Source of the DNA: Gammaproteobacteria bacterium
Lineage (GTDB): Bacteria > Pseudomonadota > Gammaproteobacteria > Eutrophobiales > Eutrophobiaceae
Length of the DNA stretch: 64,000 nucleotides
Reading direction: 5' to 3'
NCBI GenBank assembly: GCA_965240365.1
Contig: OZ251218.1
Location: 2,648,922 to 2,712,921 of the forward strand
Below, piece by piece: positions 61,901 to 64,000 of this stretch; within the stretch, counting starts at the first letter, position 1; every line of letters starts with the position of its first letter. The notes beneath the pieces are model-generated. The model was given only the letters and a program-made list of their open reading frames with translations. It had not been told where the DNA came from and did not search any database. The translations under genes were made by a program, and so were the position numbers.

Positions 61901-64000
61901 CTGAGCGCGGCCAACACCTACACGGGCGCGACCATCGTCAACAGCGGCACGCTGGCCATCCGCCACAACAGCGCGCTCGGGACCACGGCCGGCGGGACCA
62001 CCGTCAACAGGCCCGCGACCCTGGAACTCGACGGCGACGGCCTCAACGTGGGCGAGGCCCTGACGCTTTCCGGCGGCAGGCTGGCCAACCCGAGCGGCAA
62101 CAACACCTGGAGCGGCGCCATCCGCATCATCAACGTGCCGGGCGTCGCGCCCGGCCTGGTAGTCGGGTCCGGCCTGGTAAGCCGCACGGCCGGCGACACC
62201 CTGACCCTCACCGGCAACATCAACACCGGCGCCGGGACCGGTCTTGGTGAGCGGATGCTGTTGGGGATGGGTGGCGCGGGCAACATCACCATCAACACGG
62301 GCGTCATCAGCGGCACGGGCAATATCTACAAGGACGATCCCGGCGTCCTTGAACTCGGCGGCAACAACACCTTCACGGGCCGCCTCGAAGTCGACGGGGG
62401 CACGCTCCGCGTCACCCACAACAACGCGCTTGGCACGAACGCGGGATACACCTACCTCCGAAACAACGCCACCCTGGAATTACAGGCGGCCAGCGCCACC
62501 GGCAGCCTCACGATCGGCGACACCCTGTGGCTGGGGGCGAATATCACCCTGCGCAACCTCAGGGGCACAAACACATTGAGCGGCAGGATCAGATACATAT
62601 CAGCCGGGATGACACTGACTATCGACAACCAACAGGCCCCGGCCGCGGGCGTGACCACGCCGACCCTGAGCCTGTCGGGCAACTTCAGCAGACTTGTCAG
62701 CGACGCCACCCTCAACCTCTCCGTGCGCGGGGCGGGGAACACCCGGCTTTCCGGTTCCCTCAACCTGCAAGGCGGCAATCTGATCAAACAGGGCGCGGGC
62801 CGGCTGACCCTCGCCGGCAACGGCGCCGGCGTCGGCGCGGTCAGGCTCACGGCCGGGATCCTGCGGCTGGAAGGCGGCAACGCGCTGAATGACAACGCCG
62901 CCGTCAACCTGAACACCGCGCTCACGGGCAACACCGCGCGGCTGGAAATTGCCGGCGCCGTGGACGAAACCATCGGCGCGCTCTCGGGCCGTGGCACGGT
63001 CGTTATCGGGGCCGGCCGCAGGCTGACCATCAACAGCGGCGCCGACGACGACACGACTTACAACGGCGTCATCAGCGGGGCCACCGCGGCCGGCCTGAGC
63101 AAGACCGGCGCGGGCACGCTCACGCTCTCCGGCGGCAACACCTACGCCGGGACCACCCTGGTCAACGGCGGCACGCTGGCCGTTACCGCCAGCGGCGCGC
63201 TGGGCGCGGGCGCGGTTACGGTCAACAGCGGCGGCGTGCTGGCGCTGAGTTCCGACCCGGGCGGGACCGGCCTCGACCTGAGCCGGGCGCTGACCCTGAA
63301 CGGCGGCGCGCTGGGCAATGTCCGGGGCAACAACACCTACAGCGGCGCGCTGACGCTCACCGCCGACAGCATCATTCGCAGCACCTCCGGCACGCTGACC
63401 GTCAGCGGCGATCTGAAGCTGCAAACCGACGCCGAGGCCCCGGAGACCACGCCCACGCCCCACGACCTGAGCGTCGCCGGGGCCGGCGATGTCCTCCTGT
63501 CCGGCGTTATCAGCGGCGCGGGCGACCTGATCAAGGGCAATGCCGCGGCCGACAGCGGCCGGCTCACGCTCTCCGGTGTCAACACCTACACCGGCGCGAC
63601 CATCGTCAACCACGGCACGCTGGCCATCCGCCACAACAGCGCGCTGGGGACCACGGCCGGCGGGACCACCGTCAACAGGCGCGCGACCCTGGAACTCGAC
63701 GGCAACGGCCTCAGCGTGGGCGATGCCCTGACGCTTAACAGCGGCACGCTGGACAACCCGAGCGGCAACAACACCTGGAGCGGCGCCATCAGCGTCAGCA
63801 CCCCCGCCGTAGGGGGCGTCGTCGTTTTCGCCACTCTGTCAAGCGGCACGGCCGGCGACACCCTGACCATCACCGGCAACATCAACACCGGCGCCGCAAC
63901 CGCGACCAACCTTTTGCGCGCCTCTGGCGCGGGCAACGTCACCATCAACACGGGCGTCATCAGCGGCACGGGCGATATCTTCAAGTACGACGCCGGCGTG
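52971..64000 (+). CDS. Giant filamentous-haemagglutinin-like adhesin (TPS domain plus autotransporter-associated beta-strand repeats); frameshift near 59655; runs off the window
   Basis: Long signal region, NWDSYNV...NPNGVFF secretion domain, many GLxKxGAGxLTLSGANTYxGxT repeats; after 59669 the repeats continue in another frame, checked in frame at 62222 and 63962. Confidence 0.88.
54325..54386. repeat. REP-like palindrome pair inside the adhesin coding frame
   Basis: GTCATTCCAGCGAAAGCTGGAATCCA (identical to 2493-2518) and CATTCCGGCGCAGGCCGGAATGAC, translated as RHSSESWNP...HSGAGRND. Confidence 0.9.

Noticed and set aside
52884-63984. Very long minus-strand ORFs (e.g. 52884-57155, 57465-59534, 59522-62419)
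   Set aside because: Antisense shadows of the GC-rich repetitive adhesin; no motifs, and composition mirrors the plus-strand codons

Overview
Gammaproteobacterial chromosomal window. Core genes (guaB end-guaA; tadA-cinA-recA-recX-alaS-lysC-csrA-tRNA-Ser; prfB) are interrupted by accessory blocks. (1) A ~19 kb integrase-less defence island at the guaA 3' end, bounded by an 18-bp imperfect direct repeat. It holds a gutted type I RM operon whose middle is occupied by an intact MmeI-like methyltransferase/helicase/GIY-YIG trio (YeeABC-like) and a ruined UG/Abi-type reverse transcriptase. It also carries an NTPase-TPR protein, a double HARE-HTH Mrr nuclease, HigBA and many deletion scars. (2) A ~19 kb integrative mobilisable element at tRNA-Ser(GCT): large serine recombinase, VirD4-like coupling protein operon, relaxase/MobC, a 1302-aa NTPase-ankyrin (NLR-like) protein and ParDE. 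Its most notable content is a RelA/SpoT-family (Apk-like) alarmone synthetase with a C-terminal glycine zipper, downstream of an HD alarmone hydrolase fused to an extra small domain. (3) After prfB: two tandem 11-residue-repeat coiled-coil membrane proteins and a >3,600-codon filamentous-haemagglutinin/PATR adhesin. The adhesin has a frameshift, has REP-type palindromes inserted in frame, and runs off the window. REP-like palindromes are scattered throughout. All family assignments come from motif recognition by eye, not from database searches.
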